From: Longimicrobiales bacterium
Lineage (GTDB): Bacteria > Gemmatimonadota > Gemmatimonadetes > Longimicrobiales > Gaopeijiaceae
Direction: 5' to 3'
Assembly (NCBI GenBank): GCA_965202805.1
Contig: OZ241869.1
Coordinates: forward strand, 1,184,001 to 1,248,000
DNA length: 64,000 nucleotides
Shown here: positions 63,695 through 64,000 of the stretch, piece by piece
Position numbering within the stretch: the stretch's first letter is position 1
Layout: every line of letters starts with the position of its first letter
Notes under the pieces: generated by a model
The model's input: the letters and a program-made list of their open reading frames with translations, nothing else
Databases searched by the model: none
Told to the model about the DNA's origin: nothing
Translations under genes and position numbers: made by a program

Positions 63695-64000
63695 TCAGCC
63701 CCGGCCGCGCAGCACGCGCCGCATGACTTCGAGCGCGCGCTCCACGTCGGGCGCGGAGATGTCCCGGTGGGTGACGGCCCGGACTCCGGCCTGACCCTGG
63801 GGAAGGAGATGAAGCCCGCGGGCGTGGCACCGGGTGGCGAAGTCGCCCGCCGGCATCGCCGATACCCGAAACCGCACGAGGTTCGACTGCGGCCCGCCGG
63901 GGGCGGCCTCCAGGCCGTCGATGCCGGCGATGCCGCGAGCCAGGGAGCGGGCGCGCGCGATGTCGGCCGGCAAGCCGCCGCGGTGGTGTTCGAGCGCATG
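63695..64000 (-). CDS. ltaE: Low-specificity L-threonine aldolase, C-terminal part (runs off the window)
   Basis: HALEHH...L..D..RA..LA.GI, SNLV.F, VRAVTHRDIS..DVERA. Confidence 0.75.
   Translation of the reverse strand, partial: HALEHHRGGLPADIARARSLARGIAGIDGLEAAPGGPQSNLVRFRVSAMPAGDFATRCHARGLHLLPQGQAGVRAVTHRDISAPDVERALEVMRRVLRGRG

Overview
High-GC bacterial chromosomal window, densely coding and mostly housekeeping. Gene content and synteny suggest Gemmatimonadota (inference). No mobile elements, CRISPR arrays or rRNA were seen. Order: hppA (partial), pth, rplY, prs, a GWxTD/TPR-like gene, tRNA-Gln(UUG), ispE, a flippase-like gene, pdxJ, hflX, rarA, cca, a hypothetical, alaS, recA; a DUF547/TIGR04283/TIGR04282-like triad; a putative outer-membrane protein; a variant cytochrome c maturation cluster (CcmE with CxxxY); glpK, maf, dtd, glmS, glmM; a Cys/Met PLP lyase, M48 protease, purD, ybjQ, mutM and an M16 peptidase pair; ubiE/menG; a SigW-like ECF operon; mrp, nfuA; a GT2/YfhO/flippase module; pruA, proC; a penicillin acylase, a second PLP lyase, a STAS/HATPase pair, PfkB-like and ROK kinases, lepA, and ltaE (partial). 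Most notable observations: (1) a GAAAC-N16/17-CGTACG ECF promoter motif present three times, defining a candidate regulon; (2) at least six genes that appear to need non-canonical CTG/ATA/ATC start codons; (3) an uncharacterised STAS-HATPase kinase plus STAS-wHTH partner-switch-like pair; (4) a CGAA-N7-CGAA candidate SOS box at recA. All calls come from reading motifs by eye; no database searches were run.
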